Positions 1-8,552 of a stretch of 64,000 nucleotides of DNA are shown here, one piece after another (within the stretch, counting starts at the first letter, position 1; each line of letters opens with the position of its first letter). The position numbers were made by a program, and so were the translations under genes. The DNA is taken from positions 328 through 64,327 of the forward strand of contig DASPYG010000019.1 of the NCBI GenBank assembly GCA_035636885.1. Direction: 5' to 3'. The notes under the pieces are model-generated. The model saw only the letters and a list, made by a program, of their open reading frames with translations. It ran no database searches and was not told the origin of the DNA. The stretch is from Candidatus Nitrosopolaris sp. Lineage in GTDB: Bacteria; Chloroflexota; Dormibacteria; Dormibacterales; Dormibacteraceae.

Positions 1-987
1 CTCGAGCAGCCTCGCACGCGCCACCGTCAGCCGGACGTCGGAGGCGACGCGCGACTCCATGACTCCGAGCAGCTGCTCCGCGCCTGCCACCGACGTTTGC
101 CGGCGCGCCAGCCGCCGCGCCAGCAGCAAGCCGGCGGTGGCGGCTGATTCGTCGGCGAAGCCGGCGGCGTTGCGCAGCGCACGCCAGCCGTCCGCGCGAG
201 CTCCCCGCCGCAGCCGGTGCCGGCCCAGCGCCAGCCAGTCCGACGCGTCCATGGCCCCGTCGCCGCCTTGCAGCCGGGAAAGCAGCCGCGAGTGGAGGTG
301 GACGAGGCTGATCACGTCCAGCCGGTTGTGCTCGAGCACCCCTTCGAGCAGCGGGCTCGAACCGTAGCGAAGAAAAGCGAAGTAAGCGTCCGGTGCGAGC
401 GCCCCCGCCACCGGGTCGTCGCGCTCGAACCCGAGGACCCGCTCTTCGACCATCCGCAGGTTGCACCGTTCGAGGCGGTGGCGATAGAGGGCTCGGACCA
501 GGGTGAGCAGGTCGACGTGGGGCGGGTGGTCCAGCTCGCCGGGCATTCGCGCCATCACCCAGCGCGTCTTCAGTACCGGCAGGTCGAAGGAGCCGCCGTT
601 GAAGCTCGCGAGCCCGACCGCCGGCTCCAGCTCTTTACGCAGGCGATACAGGAAAGCGGCTTCGAGGCCTGGCTGCGGCATGAAGAGCTGCGCCAGCCGG
701 AGGCCGCAGTCGATCGGCAGCGCCACCGCCGCGGCGAAGACGTAGGTGCCTGCGCCGCCGCCCAGCCCGGTGGTCTCGGTATCGATGTAGGCCACAGATC
801 CCGGGTGTGGATCCAGCGGAGGCAGGGAGACGACGTCCTCGCGCAGAAACGCGTCGCCGAAAGGAGTCGGCACCGCCTCAAAGCCAAGGGGAAGCTCGAC
901 CGGGGGTGCAGAGGCGGGTCTCGGCCCGGACAGTCCGCCTAGACGGTCAAGACGCTCTCGGAGGTCGCGGACAGCAGTCGCAGGCAT
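1..987 (-). CDS. MrfB/YprB-like RNase H-fold (DnaQ-like) 3'-5' exonuclease; 3' part runs off the window start
   Basis: Translated by hand from the minus strand; it is absent from the ORF track because no stop lies inside the window. Sequence reads MPATAVRDLRERLDRL...GSVAYIDTETTGLGGGAGTYVF...ASFNGGSFDLPVLKTRW...PHVDLLTLVRALY...LEHNRLDVISLVHL. It shows the DxE exo motif, FNGxxFD and HNxxD. The gene sits directly downstream of the MrfA-like helicase. ATG 987 overlaps the helicase 3' end by 49 nt; GTG 873 is an alternative start. Confidence 0.7.
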   Translation of the reverse strand, partial: MPATAVRDLRERLDRLGGLSGPRPASAPPVELPLGFEAVPTPFGDAFLREDVVSLPPLDPHPGSVAYIDTETTGLGGGAGTYVFAAAVALPIDCGLRLAQLFMPQPGLEAAFLYRLRKELEPAVGLASFNGGSFDLPVLKTRWVMARMPGELDHPPHVDLLTLVRALYRHRLERCNLRMVEERVLGFERDDPVAGALAPDAYFAFLRYGSSPLLEGVLEHNRLDVISLVHLHSRLLSRLQGGDGAMDASDWLALGRHRLRRGARADGWRALRNAAGFADESAATAGLLLARRLARRQTSVAGAEQLLGVMESRVASDVRLTVARARLLE

Positions 988-3200
988 GCGCTCTTGGCTC
1001 CTTCGACGAGATGCAGCGGTCCGATGCAGGAAGGACATCCGGCGAGGCAGGGGCAGTCGCCGACCAGCGCCGCCGCCTGCTCGAGCAGCTCCAGGTGCAG
1101 CTCGTACATTCGCTGCGAGTAACCGACGCCCCCGGGGTAGATCTCATAGACCGTCACCGTCGGCAGCCGTGTGGTGGCGGAGCGCACTTCCGCGACCGCG
1201 CCGAGATCGCGCGGGTCGCACATGAGCCGGATGCTGGCGACGTGGCGCAGCGAGTGAGCCATCCCCTGCAGCCCGGCCTCCAACGTTTCGCGCCCGAGCG
1301 CCGTCCACAGCTGGTCGTCGACGGTGATCCAGTAGCCGGTCGTGTGCAGCGTCTGCTCCGGCAGGTGGATGGGACCGGAGCCGATGTTCTCGTGCGTGTG
1401 AAAACGGATCTTCTTGAACATGCTCGCGAGGGACGTGATCTTCACCTCGCCATGGCTGCGAGCGATCGCGCCTCCGTCCGGACCGGCGAAGGTGTCCAGG
1501 ACCTGCACAGTCACGGAGGCGAGCGCGTCGGTGTAGTAGTCGACGTCGACCGGATGCACGTAGGCCTTCTTCTCGTCCCAGTCGAGGCGCTCGACATGAA
1601 ACTGCGCGCCCTCGTGCAGGTAGACCGCCTCTTCATGCAGGAGCACCGGCGCTGAGAACTGGTCCATCTCGCCGATGACGGACGGGCGCGGCTTTGAGGT
1701 GTCGATGATGACGACGTTGTCCGCGGCGATGCGCCTGAGGTGGACCTCCTCGGCTGGAAAGGCCTGGCGGCTCCAGAACCAGCGATCGCCCGAGCGCGTC
1801 GCCGAACCGTCCTCTTCGAAGAGGCGCAGCAGCTCGCCCACGTCCGTACGCCCAAGCCTCTCGTCGGCCTCGAATGGAAGCTCGAACAGGCCCGCCTGCA
1901 GGTGGCCGGCCAGCAGGAGCAGGTTGTCGGGGTCGATCAGCCCCTCCTCAGGGTCGGTGCTCAGGAAGTACTCGGGGTGGCGGACGATGAACTGGTCGAG
2001 CGGCGAGCTCGAGGCGACGAAAACGCCGACCGACCCTGACCGCCGTCCGGCCCGCCCGAGCTGCTGCCAGGTCGAGGCGATGGTGCCGGGATAACCGACG
2101 AGAACCGCCGCCTGCAGGCTGCCGATGTCGATGCCGAGCTCGAGGGCGTTCGTGCTGACTACGGCTGTGATGTCGCCGTCACGAAGGCCGGCCTCGATCT
2201 CACGGCGGTGCAGCGGCAGGTAGCCGGCGCGGTAGCCGCGCACGCGCTGGGATGCGTCCAGACGCGGGGCGAGGTCCTGGCGCAGGTAGCTCAGCATCAC
2301 CTCGACCTGCAGCCGGCTGCGGCAGAACAGGATGGTCTGCACGCCGGATCGAATCCACGGTGCGGCGATGCGCCTTGCCTCGAGCATCGAGCTGCGGCGA
2401 ATGCCCATCTCTCGATTGAGCAGCGGCGGGTTGTAGAAGATCAGCCGCCGCTCTCCGCGCGGCGCTCCGCTGCGATCGATCAGCTCGATGTTCTCCTCCT
2501 CCAGCAGCCTGGTGGCGAGCTCTCGTGGGTTCGCGATCGTCGCCGATGCGCAGATGAAGGTCGGGCTCGACCCGTAGAAGGCGCATATGCGTTTCAGCCG
2601 GCGGATGACGTTGGCGACCTGGCTGCCGAAAAGGCCACGATATGTATGGAGCTCATCGATGACGACGAACTCCAGGCTGGAGAAGAGCCTTCGCCACCGC
2701 GTGTGATGCGGAAGGATGCCGGTGTGGAGCATGTCCGGGTTCGTCATCACGACGTGGCCTGCTTCGCGGATCGCGGTGCGGCGTCCGGGCGCGGTGTCGC
2801 CGTCGTACGTGTCGACCCGCACGTCGATGGGCAGCCCGTGCTTGAGGGCGCTCAGCTCGGCGAGCTGGTCTTGCGCCAGCGCCTTCGTCGGGTACAGGTA
2901 CAGCGCGCGGCGCTCAGGATTCTCGAGCAGCCGCTGCAGGACCGGCAGGTTGTAGCAGAGTGTCTTGCCGCTCGCTGTGGGCGTAACCACGACGAGATGG
3001 CGGCCGTTGCGGACGGCGTGGTATGCGTCGGCCTGGTGCGTGTATAGGCGTACGATGCCGCGCGCAGCAAGGGCGTTTGCGAGCTCAGGCCGTATGTCGG
3101 AAGGCAGCGCGGCGTACTCCGCGGCGGCCGCAGGAATGACGTGGTCCAGGGTTATGTCTCCCGGAAAATCGGCGGCGGCAAAGGTGGGAGAGGCAGCCAT
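939..3200 (-). CDS. MrfA/YprA-like DEAD/DEAH-box helicase with C-terminal 4-Cys (DUF1998/MZB) domain
   Basis: 753-aa ORF. Walker A TPTASGKT, DExH box VVIDELH, SAT-like CASATIAN, helicase C region. C-terminal CPCLAGCPSCIGP zinc cluster typical of YprA/MrfA-type helicases. Confidence 0.85.
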   Translation of the reverse strand: MAASPTFAAADFPGDITLDHVIPAAAAEYAALPSDIRPELANALAARGIVRLYTHQADAYHAVRNGRHLVVVTPTASGKTLCYNLPVLQRLLENPERRALYLYPTKALAQDQLAELSALKHGLPIDVRVDTYDGDTAPGRRTAIREAGHVVMTNPDMLHTGILPHHTRWRRLFSSLEFVVIDELHTYRGLFGSQVANVIRRLKRICAFYGSSPTFICASATIANPRELATRLLEEENIELIDRSGAPRGERRLIFYNPPLLNREMGIRRSSMLEARRIAAPWIRSGVQTILFCRSRLQVEVMLSYLRQDLAPRLDASQRVRGYRAGYLPLHRREIEAGLRDGDITAVVSTNALELGIDIGSLQAAVLVGYPGTIASTWQQLGRAGRRSGSVGVFVASSSPLDQFIVRHPEYFLSTDPEEGLIDPDNLLLLAGHLQAGLFELPFEADERLGRTDVGELLRLFEEDGSATRSGDRWFWSRQAFPAEEVHLRRIAADNVVIIDTSKPRPSVIGEMDQFSAPVLLHEEAVYLHEGAQFHVERLDWDEKKAYVHPVDVDYYTDALASVTVQVLDTFAGPDGGAIARSHGEVKITSLASMFKKIRFHTHENIGSGPIHLPEQTLHTTGYWITVDDQLWTALGRETLEAGLQGMAHSLRHVASIRLMCDPRDLGAVAEVRSATTRLPTVTVYEIYPGGVGYSQRMYELHLELLEQAAALVGDCPCLAGCPSCIGPLHLVEGAKSACLRLLSATSESVLTV

Positions 3201-3220
3201 GGCGCGTCGGGGAGGTTAAA

Positions 3221-3234
3221 CGAACATTCGTTCG
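3221..3234. promoter_or_regulatory. Putative LexA (SOS/Cheo) box CGAACATTCGTTCG
   Basis: Perfect match to the Gram-positive/actinobacterial consensus CGAAC-N4-GTTCG. It lies about 20 nt upstream of the helicase ATG (3200, minus strand). Confidence 0.5.
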
Positions 3235-3348
3235 GAGTCAAGCGGGCATAAGGGTGAAACGGCCCCTGAGTACCAGCCTGGGTCAGAGGCAGATTTCGAG
3301 CGGCTGTACAGGACCTCGTACCGCCGCATCCTCGGGACCCTGATCACG

Positions 3349-3780
3349 ATGCTGCGCGATCGGTCCGCCGCCGAGGACTGCACGCAGGACGCCTTCGAGC
3401 GCGCCTATAAGGCCTGGAAGACGTGGCGGCCTGACGCGCCCGCCGAAGCCTGGCTGCACCGAATCGCCATCAACGTGGCGATCAACGGGCAGCGGCGCGA
3501 GCGGCTCCAGGAGGTCGGGGCGGTGCTCCGCAGGGTTGGTAGGCCCACGGTCCCGGCCGATCCCGCCTTGCTGGCCGAACGGTCCGAACTGCTGGTCGCC
3601 CTGCGCAAGCTGCCCCCGAAGCAGGCGGCCGCGATCGTCCTGCGCCACTTCCACGGCTACACCAACCGGGAGATCGCGATCTCGCTAGGGGTGCCCGAGC
3701 GGACGGTCGCATCCCGCCTGGCGGCAGCCCGCGCCCGGCTCCAGGACCTCCTGGAGGGAGCCCGTAGAGGCCAAAAGTAG
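3349..3780 (+). CDS. ECF-type sigma-70 family RNA polymerase sigma factor; N-terminus uncertain
   Basis: Region 2 AAEDCTQDAFERAYKAW...WLHRIAINVAINGQRR and region 4 LPPKQAAAIVLRHFHGYTNREIAISLGVPERTVASRLAAARARL. The in-frame upstream sequence (SEADFERLYRTSYRRILGTLIT) looks like genuine region 2.1, but no ATG/GTG/TTG lies between the stop at 3217-3219 and 3349. Confidence 0.8.
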   Translation: MLRDRSAAEDCTQDAFERAYKAWKTWRPDAPAEAWLHRIAINVAINGQRRERLQEVGAVLRRVGRPTVPADPALLAERSELLVALRKLPPKQAAAIVLRHFHGYTNREIAISLGVPERTVASRLAAARARLQDLLEGARRGQK

Positions 3781-3813
3781 ATTGGGTAGATCCGCCCCGG
3801 AGCTTGTTCTTTC

Positions 3814-4338
3814 TTGCCGATGAACGAGACCGGCGACTTCGAGCTGGAGCTGGAGCGGGAGCTGCATCGGATCCTTGATCCGATTGCGGCGCAGCCCATT
3901 CCTCCTCGTCGCGCACCGGTTCCCGGCGGGATCGCAAAGAGGCTCCTGGGCGGCGCCGGCGCGGCTCTCAGCCTGAAGCTGCTCACCGGCGTGGCGGTGG
4001 CTGCATTCGCCGCCGGCGCTGCCGGCGTGGCCACCGAGGTTGCAGTGACGGGCAGCCTGAACCCGTCGGACTGGGGCCAGTCGGTCACACAGGCGGTGCA
4101 GACGTGCAAGGACACCCTGCGGGCGTCCGGCACCCGTGGCATCGGCCCTTGCGTGAGCGCCATCGCCAAGCAGCACGGCGCACAGACGAGCCAGCAGCCG
4201 ACCAATGCCGGTGGCGCCGTCAAGGACAGCGGCAAGCCCAACGCCAACAGCCACGACAAAGGCAAGAGCAATGGCACCGGGAATGGCAACAACGGCCACA
4301 AGACCCCGGGGTCAGGCGGAGGCGGCCGCAACCCCTGA
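3814..4338 (+). CDS. Putative membrane-anchored anti-sigma factor / hypothetical protein
   Basis: Lies immediately downstream of the ECF sigma. One hydrophobic helix (LLGGAGAALSLKLLTGVAVAAFAAGAAGVA) and a low-complexity G/N/K-rich C-terminus. No recognisable catalytic motif. Function is inferred from position. Confidence 0.45.
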   Translation: MPMNETGDFELELERELHRILDPIAAQPIPPRRAPVPGGIAKRLLGGAGAALSLKLLTGVAVAAFAAGAAGVATEVAVTGSLNPSDWGQSVTQAVQTCKDTLRASGTRGIGPCVSAIAKQHGAQTSQQPTNAGGAVKDSGKPNANSHDKGKSNGTGNGNNGHKTPGSGGGGRNP

Positions 4339-4371
4339 TCGCGGCTTGATCAAGACCCTTCCTCTCGTCGG

Positions 4372-4393
4372 GGCCGGGCCGCAAGGCTCGGCC
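4372..4393. terminator. GC-rich hairpin between convergent genes (possible bidirectional terminator)
   Basis: GGCCGGGCC-GCAA-GGCTCGGCC gives a 9-bp stem with one G-U pair, between the 3' ends of 3814..4338 (+) and cysS (-). There is no clear U-tract. Confidence 0.3.
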
Positions 4394-4401
4394 TCAAACA
4401 T

Positions 4402-5817
4402 TTAGCAGGTTCGTCCTTTTATATGCGTGGCAGCCTTCCAGCGTTGGCCTTCGGGCGTGTCGGTGACCGCCACCCCCATCGCAGCGAGCTGGTCGCGCAG
4501 GCGGTCCGAAGCGTCGAAATCCCTGGCGGCGCGAGCCTTCTCGCGCCCTTCGAGCAGCTGCCGGGCACCGTCGGGCAGCTCGGCGTCGGGTGCCGGCCGG
4601 TCGAGGTCCAACCCCAGCACGCGGTCCCACCTGAGCAGCAGCTCGCCCTTGCCGCGGGCGAGGAGGCTCGAGTGAGCGACCTCGGAGACGAGCGCCATCG
4701 CGCCAGGCAGGTCGAGGTCGTCCGCGAGCGCGGCTCGGAATCGAGCTTCGAATCCTTCGACGTCTGCCTGATGCGATGACCTATCGCTTGCGGCCGACCA
4801 TTCCGCCACCCTCTGGCGGAGCAGCGCGAGCGCCCGATCCGCGCCGGCCAGCCCTTCGGCGCTGAAATTGAGCTTGGTCCTGTACTTCGCCTGCAGCGCC
4901 AGGTAGCGAAACGCCAGGGGATCGAAACCCTGGTCGACAAGCTCGGTGATCCGGAAGAAATTCCCGGCCGACTTCGCCATCCTGGCCCCCGCCAACAGCA
5001 GCAGGCCGCCGTGCATCCAGAGGTTCACCACCCGATGCCCGGTGACGCCCTCGGATTGCGCGAGCTCGGCTTCGTGATGCGGAAACACGTTGTCCGCGCC
5101 TCCGGTGTGGATGTCGAACGTCTCGCCGAGCAGCGACATCGACATCGCCGAGCATTCGATATGCCAGCCCGGGAAGCCAGGGGCCCACGGGCTGGGCCAC
5201 ACCTGCAAGCGGTGCTCGCCGGCAGCCTTCCAGAGCGTGAAGTCGCCGGGGTGTCGCTTGCGCGGGTCGACCTCGCCCCGCGCGCCCGCGAGCAGCTTGT
5301 CGGTGGTGTTGCGCGACAGCCGGCCGTAGGCGGGAAAGCTGGCGATGTCGTAGTACACCGTGCCGCCGACCTCGTATGCGTGGCCTCTCGCGATCAACTT
5401 CTCGATCAGCTCGATCATCTGCGGGATGTACTGGGTGGCTCGCGGATTGTGGTCGGCCGCTCGGATGTTGACCAGTGCGGCGTCCTCGACGAAAGCGTTG
5501 GTGTAGTACGCCGCGATCTCTTCGGGCGATTTGCTCTCCAGGCGCGCCGAGACCAGCATTTTGTCCTCGCCCCGGTCGAAGGTGTCGTCGGTCAAATGCC
5601 CGACGTCGGTGATGTTCATCACCTGCTCGGTGCGGTAGCCGAGATACTCGAGGCTCCGGCGGAGAAGGTCCGGGAGCATGAACGTGCGCAGGTTGCCGAT
5701 GTGGACGTAGCGGTAGACCGTCGGACCGCAGGAGTAGATGCGGACGACGCCTTCGCGAAGTGGGTGCAGCTCCTCTTTCTGCCGGGTGAGCGTGTTGTAA
5801 AGGCGCAATGCCGTCAT
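4402..5817 (-). CDS. cysS: Cysteine--tRNA ligase
   Basis: MTALRLYNTLTRQKEEL...YSCGPTVYRYVHIGNLRTF (HIGN) and RMAKSAGN (KMSKS-like). I chose the internal ATG at 5817. The 58-aa upstream extension in the ORF track is antisense to the neighbouring gene and does not look like a CysRS N-terminus. Confidence 0.93.
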   Translation of the reverse strand: MTALRLYNTLTRQKEELHPLREGVVRIYSCGPTVYRYVHIGNLRTFMLPDLLRRSLEYLGYRTEQVMNITDVGHLTDDTFDRGEDKMLVSARLESKSPEEIAAYYTNAFVEDAALVNIRAADHNPRATQYIPQMIELIEKLIARGHAYEVGGTVYYDIASFPAYGRLSRNTTDKLLAGARGEVDPRKRHPGDFTLWKAAGEHRLQVWPSPWAPGFPGWHIECSAMSMSLLGETFDIHTGGADNVFPHHEAELAQSEGVTGHRVVNLWMHGGLLLLAGARMAKSAGNFFRITELVDQGFDPLAFRYLALQAKYRTKLNFSAEGLAGADRALALLRQRVAEWSAASDRSSHQADVEGFEARFRAALADDLDLPGAMALVSEVAHSSLLARGKGELLLRWDRVLGLDLDRPAPDAELPDGARQLLEGREKARAARDFDASDRLRDQLAAMGVAVTDTPEGQRWKAATHIKGRTC

Positions 5818-5829
5818 CAGATCGAATCT

Positions 5830-6834
5830 ATGCTCGCAGTAATGCGAGCACACAAGCTCGAGGGCGCCGGCGTGACTGTTGCGGACATCGAAGGCCGCGT
5901 CCTCGTCCACGACCTGGGGCCCGACCTGCGCAAGGGAACGGTCCTCTTGGCCGACCACGTGGACCGCGTGCGCCGCTTCGGCGAGGTCCATGTGGTCGAG
6001 CTCGAGCCGGGCGACCTACACGAAGACGTGGCCGCCAGGAGGCTGGCCGCCGCCCTTTCGGCGCCGAACCTGGAGGCCCAGCCGCCGGTCCAGAGCCAGT
6101 CGCGGCTCATCGCAACGCGGCGCGGGCTCGTGCGAGTACGAGCCGAGCTGGTCGATGCCATCAACGCGCTCGGCTTCATGTCCATCTTCACGTTGATGGA
6201 CGGGCAGGCGGTGAAGGAAGGCGAGGAGGTGGCCGGCTGCAAGGTGACGCCGGTGGCGGTGCCGGGCCGCCTCATCGAGGACGCCGAACGGATCGCCCGC
6301 GAGCAAGGCCCAGTCGTCGAGCTGCTCCCGTTCCGTCCCCTGCGCACGTTCGTCGTGGCGACCGAACGCCTCAAGCCGAAGGCGCGGGATCTCTTTCGCG
6401 CCGCGGTCACGGCGAAGCTGGGTTGGTACGGAGCCGAGGTGCTCGCGGTCCGTGAGGTGGCCCGCACTCCGGCGGCGGTCGCGGGCGCATATCGCGAAGC
6501 GGCCGAGAAGGAGGCCGAGCTCATCCTCTTCGCGGGTGCTTCCGCGATCGATCCTCTCGACCCCGCGTACGCGGAGCTCACCAGCGCCGGCGGGCGGCTG
6601 CTGCAGCTCGGCGCGCCCATGCACCCAGGCAGCATGCTCTGGCTCGCACGCCTCAACCACGCGGCGGTGGTTGGCGTGGCCTCGTGCGCCGGCTTCGGCC
6701 GGTCGAGCTCGCTGGACCTCCTGCTTCCGTTCGTATTCGCGTACGGCCGCGCCGACGCCAAGGACCTGCTCCGCCTGGGTCATGGGGGGCTGATCGAATC
6801 AGGCGCCGGCCGCCGGTTTCCTCCTTATTCATGA
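5830..6834 (+). CDS. Molybdopterin-binding (MoCF-biosynthesis/MoeA-like domain) protein
   Basis: This is the C-terminal two-thirds of the 607-aa track ORF, whose first part is antisense to cysS. Motifs: VELEPGDLHEDVAARRLAAAL, INALGFMSIFTL, AELILFAGASAIDPLDP, GAPMHPGSMLWLARL. Start is ATG 5830/5842 or GTG 5872. Family assignment is from memory of similar proteins. Confidence 0.5.
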   Translation: MLAVMRAHKLEGAGVTVADIEGRVLVHDLGPDLRKGTVLLADHVDRVRRFGEVHVVELEPGDLHEDVAARRLAAALSAPNLEAQPPVQSQSRLIATRRGLVRVRAELVDAINALGFMSIFTLMDGQAVKEGEEVAGCKVTPVAVPGRLIEDAERIAREQGPVVELLPFRPLRTFVVATERLKPKARDLFRAAVTAKLGWYGAEVLAVREVARTPAAVAGAYREAAEKEAELILFAGASAIDPLDPAYAELTSAGGRLLQLGAPMHPGSMLWLARLNHAAVVGVASCAGFGRSSSLDLLLPFVFAYGRADAKDLLRLGHGGLIESGAGRRFPPYS

Positions 6835-7169
6835 CACCAGGCTTGAGGCGCGGCGTGGAGCTGTTCAACAGCGGACGTTACTGGGATGCGCACGAGGTCT
6901 GGGAGCACGAATGGATGCCGGACCGGAAGGGACCAGAGGGAGGTTTCTACAAGGGCTTGATACAGGTGGCCGCCGGCTGCCTGCACTACTCGCGGCGCAA
7001 CCGCCGTGGTGCGGTCAACAAATGGAGAAGCGGCGCGGACTACCTGCGGCCCTACCTACCCGAGCATCGGGGCATCAGCCTGGCTGCGCTCGTCCGCTCG
7101 GTCGACGGCTATCTCGAGGCCATGGGTGGACGTGCATGGCCCGAGCTGGTCATGCCGATAATCGCCTGA
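6831..7169 (+). CDS. DUF309 domain protein
   Basis: LFNSGRYWDAHEVWEHEWM...KGLIQVAAGCLHY is characteristic of DUF309. Its ATG overlaps the upstream stop (ATGA). Confidence 0.7.
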   Translation: MTPGLRRGVELFNSGRYWDAHEVWEHEWMPDRKGPEGGFYKGLIQVAAGCLHYSRRNRRGAVNKWRSGADYLRPYLPEHRGISLAALVRSVDGYLEAMGGRAWPELVMPIIA

Positions 7170-8551
7170 TGGCCGATTTGCCTGACGAATACTCGCGCGT
7201 CAACCTATCCAGCGACCCCGTCTACCGATACCTACGCATCACCAAGGGCGGGCCGGGGGGTGTTCCCGGGAGGGCCGCCGAGCAAGACCTGGTCGACAGC
7301 GCCTGGCTGCAGCGGCTGCGGCGCATCCATCAGCTCCAGAGCGCGTGGTGGGTTTTCGCGACCGCGGAGCACTCACGCTTCCAGCACGCACTTGGCGCCA
7401 TGCATCTCGCCGGGGAGTGGGCCCGCCACCTCCACCCGACGCTCGCCTCGTGCTGTTCCGGCACGCCCTCAGTCGCTCTGGTGGAGGAGACCATGCGCAT
7501 CGCGGGCCTGCTGCACGACGTCGGCCACGGCCCGTTCGGCCATTTCTTCGACGAGAACTACCTGGACACGTGGGGCATCGACCATGAGGTCGTCGGTCGC
7601 ACGTTGATCGCAGGCCCACTGGCCGAGCTCGTCGCCGGGCTTGGGGCGTCTCCCAATGGCGATTTCGCGCCAGGCGAGCGCGTAGACCCGAGATGGGTGG
7701 CATACCTCATCGCCGCGCCCGACCTGGAAGGCTTCGACGCCCCGGCCTGGTTGGTCGCCTTGAAGCCGGCCATGGTCGGGGCGTATTCGGCTGACAACAT
7801 GGACTACGTCCCTCGCGATTCCTATATATGTGGGGTCGCGGCGGGACCGGTCGACGTCCAGCGCATCCTTCACTACTCCTTTATCTCTGAACGGGGCCTG
7901 ACGCTTCACGCCCACGCCGCCGAGGCCCTGTACATGTTCTTGAGCGCCCGGCTCTACCTGTACGAACAGGTTTATTTCCACCGCACCGTGCGCCGCATCG
8001 ACCTCCAGCTCCGGGAGGTCTTCCGCCCCACCGTCGAGCTCGTCCTCGGGGGCAACCCGCTGGAGCGCCTGGATGAGTACCTCATGTTCACGGAGTGGGC
8101 CCTGCTTTCAGAGGTCAACCGGTGGGCGCTCGGCGACGGGGACGCTCGCAAGCGCGAGCTGGGCAAGGCCTGGGCCGACGTGGTCGCCCGCAAGCTCAAG
8201 TGGAAGCTGGTCTACCAGGGCCACACGGATGCGGTGGAGGCCGGCGCCGCGCTCAGCGTCACGCGCGAGCAGTTCGCGCAGCTGCTTCGTGAGAGGCTGC
8301 CGGCCCGCCTCCGCACGATCGAGTTCGAGGTCGACGTGGCCGCGCAGGAGTCTCGCGCTTTCAATCCGATCAACGAAACCTCCGACATCCTCATCTACGA
8401 CCCGCTCGAGGATCGCTACCAGCAGAGCCAGGTGCTCGACCTCTTCCGGCGGCTCCCCGTCCGGATGACTCTCTTCAGGATCTTCGCGCGAGATACAGCG
8501 CACAACCGCGAGCTCATCGCCGCCGCGAACGCGATCCTCGGCTCGGCCTGA
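7169..8551 (+). CDS. HD-domain dNTP triphosphohydrolase-like protein (SAMHD1/dGTPase superfamily)
   Basis: SRFQHALGAMHLAGEW, AGLLHDVGHGPFGHFFDE, ADNMDYVPRDSYICGV. The start overlaps the DUF309 stop (TGATG). Confidence 0.8.
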   Translation: MADLPDEYSRVNLSSDPVYRYLRITKGGPGGVPGRAAEQDLVDSAWLQRLRRIHQLQSAWWVFATAEHSRFQHALGAMHLAGEWARHLHPTLASCCSGTPSVALVEETMRIAGLLHDVGHGPFGHFFDENYLDTWGIDHEVVGRTLIAGPLAELVAGLGASPNGDFAPGERVDPRWVAYLIAAPDLEGFDAPAWLVALKPAMVGAYSADNMDYVPRDSYICGVAAGPVDVQRILHYSFISERGLTLHAHAAEALYMFLSARLYLYEQVYFHRTVRRIDLQLREVFRPTVELVLGGNPLERLDEYLMFTEWALLSEVNRWALGDGDARKRELGKAWADVVARKLKWKLVYQGHTDAVEAGAALSVTREQFAQLLRERLPARLRTIEFEVDVAAQESRAFNPINETSDILIYDPLEDRYQQSQVLDLFRRLPVRMTLFRIFARDTAHNRELIAAANAILGSA

Positions 8552-8552
8552 C

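Noticed and set aside
217-942. 241-aa plus-strand ORF at the window start
   Set aside because: It is antisense to the clearly recognisable YprB/MrfB-like exonuclease frame. Its composition (R/V/E/H/Q-rich, no motifs) is typical of spurious antisense ORFs in GC-rich DNA.
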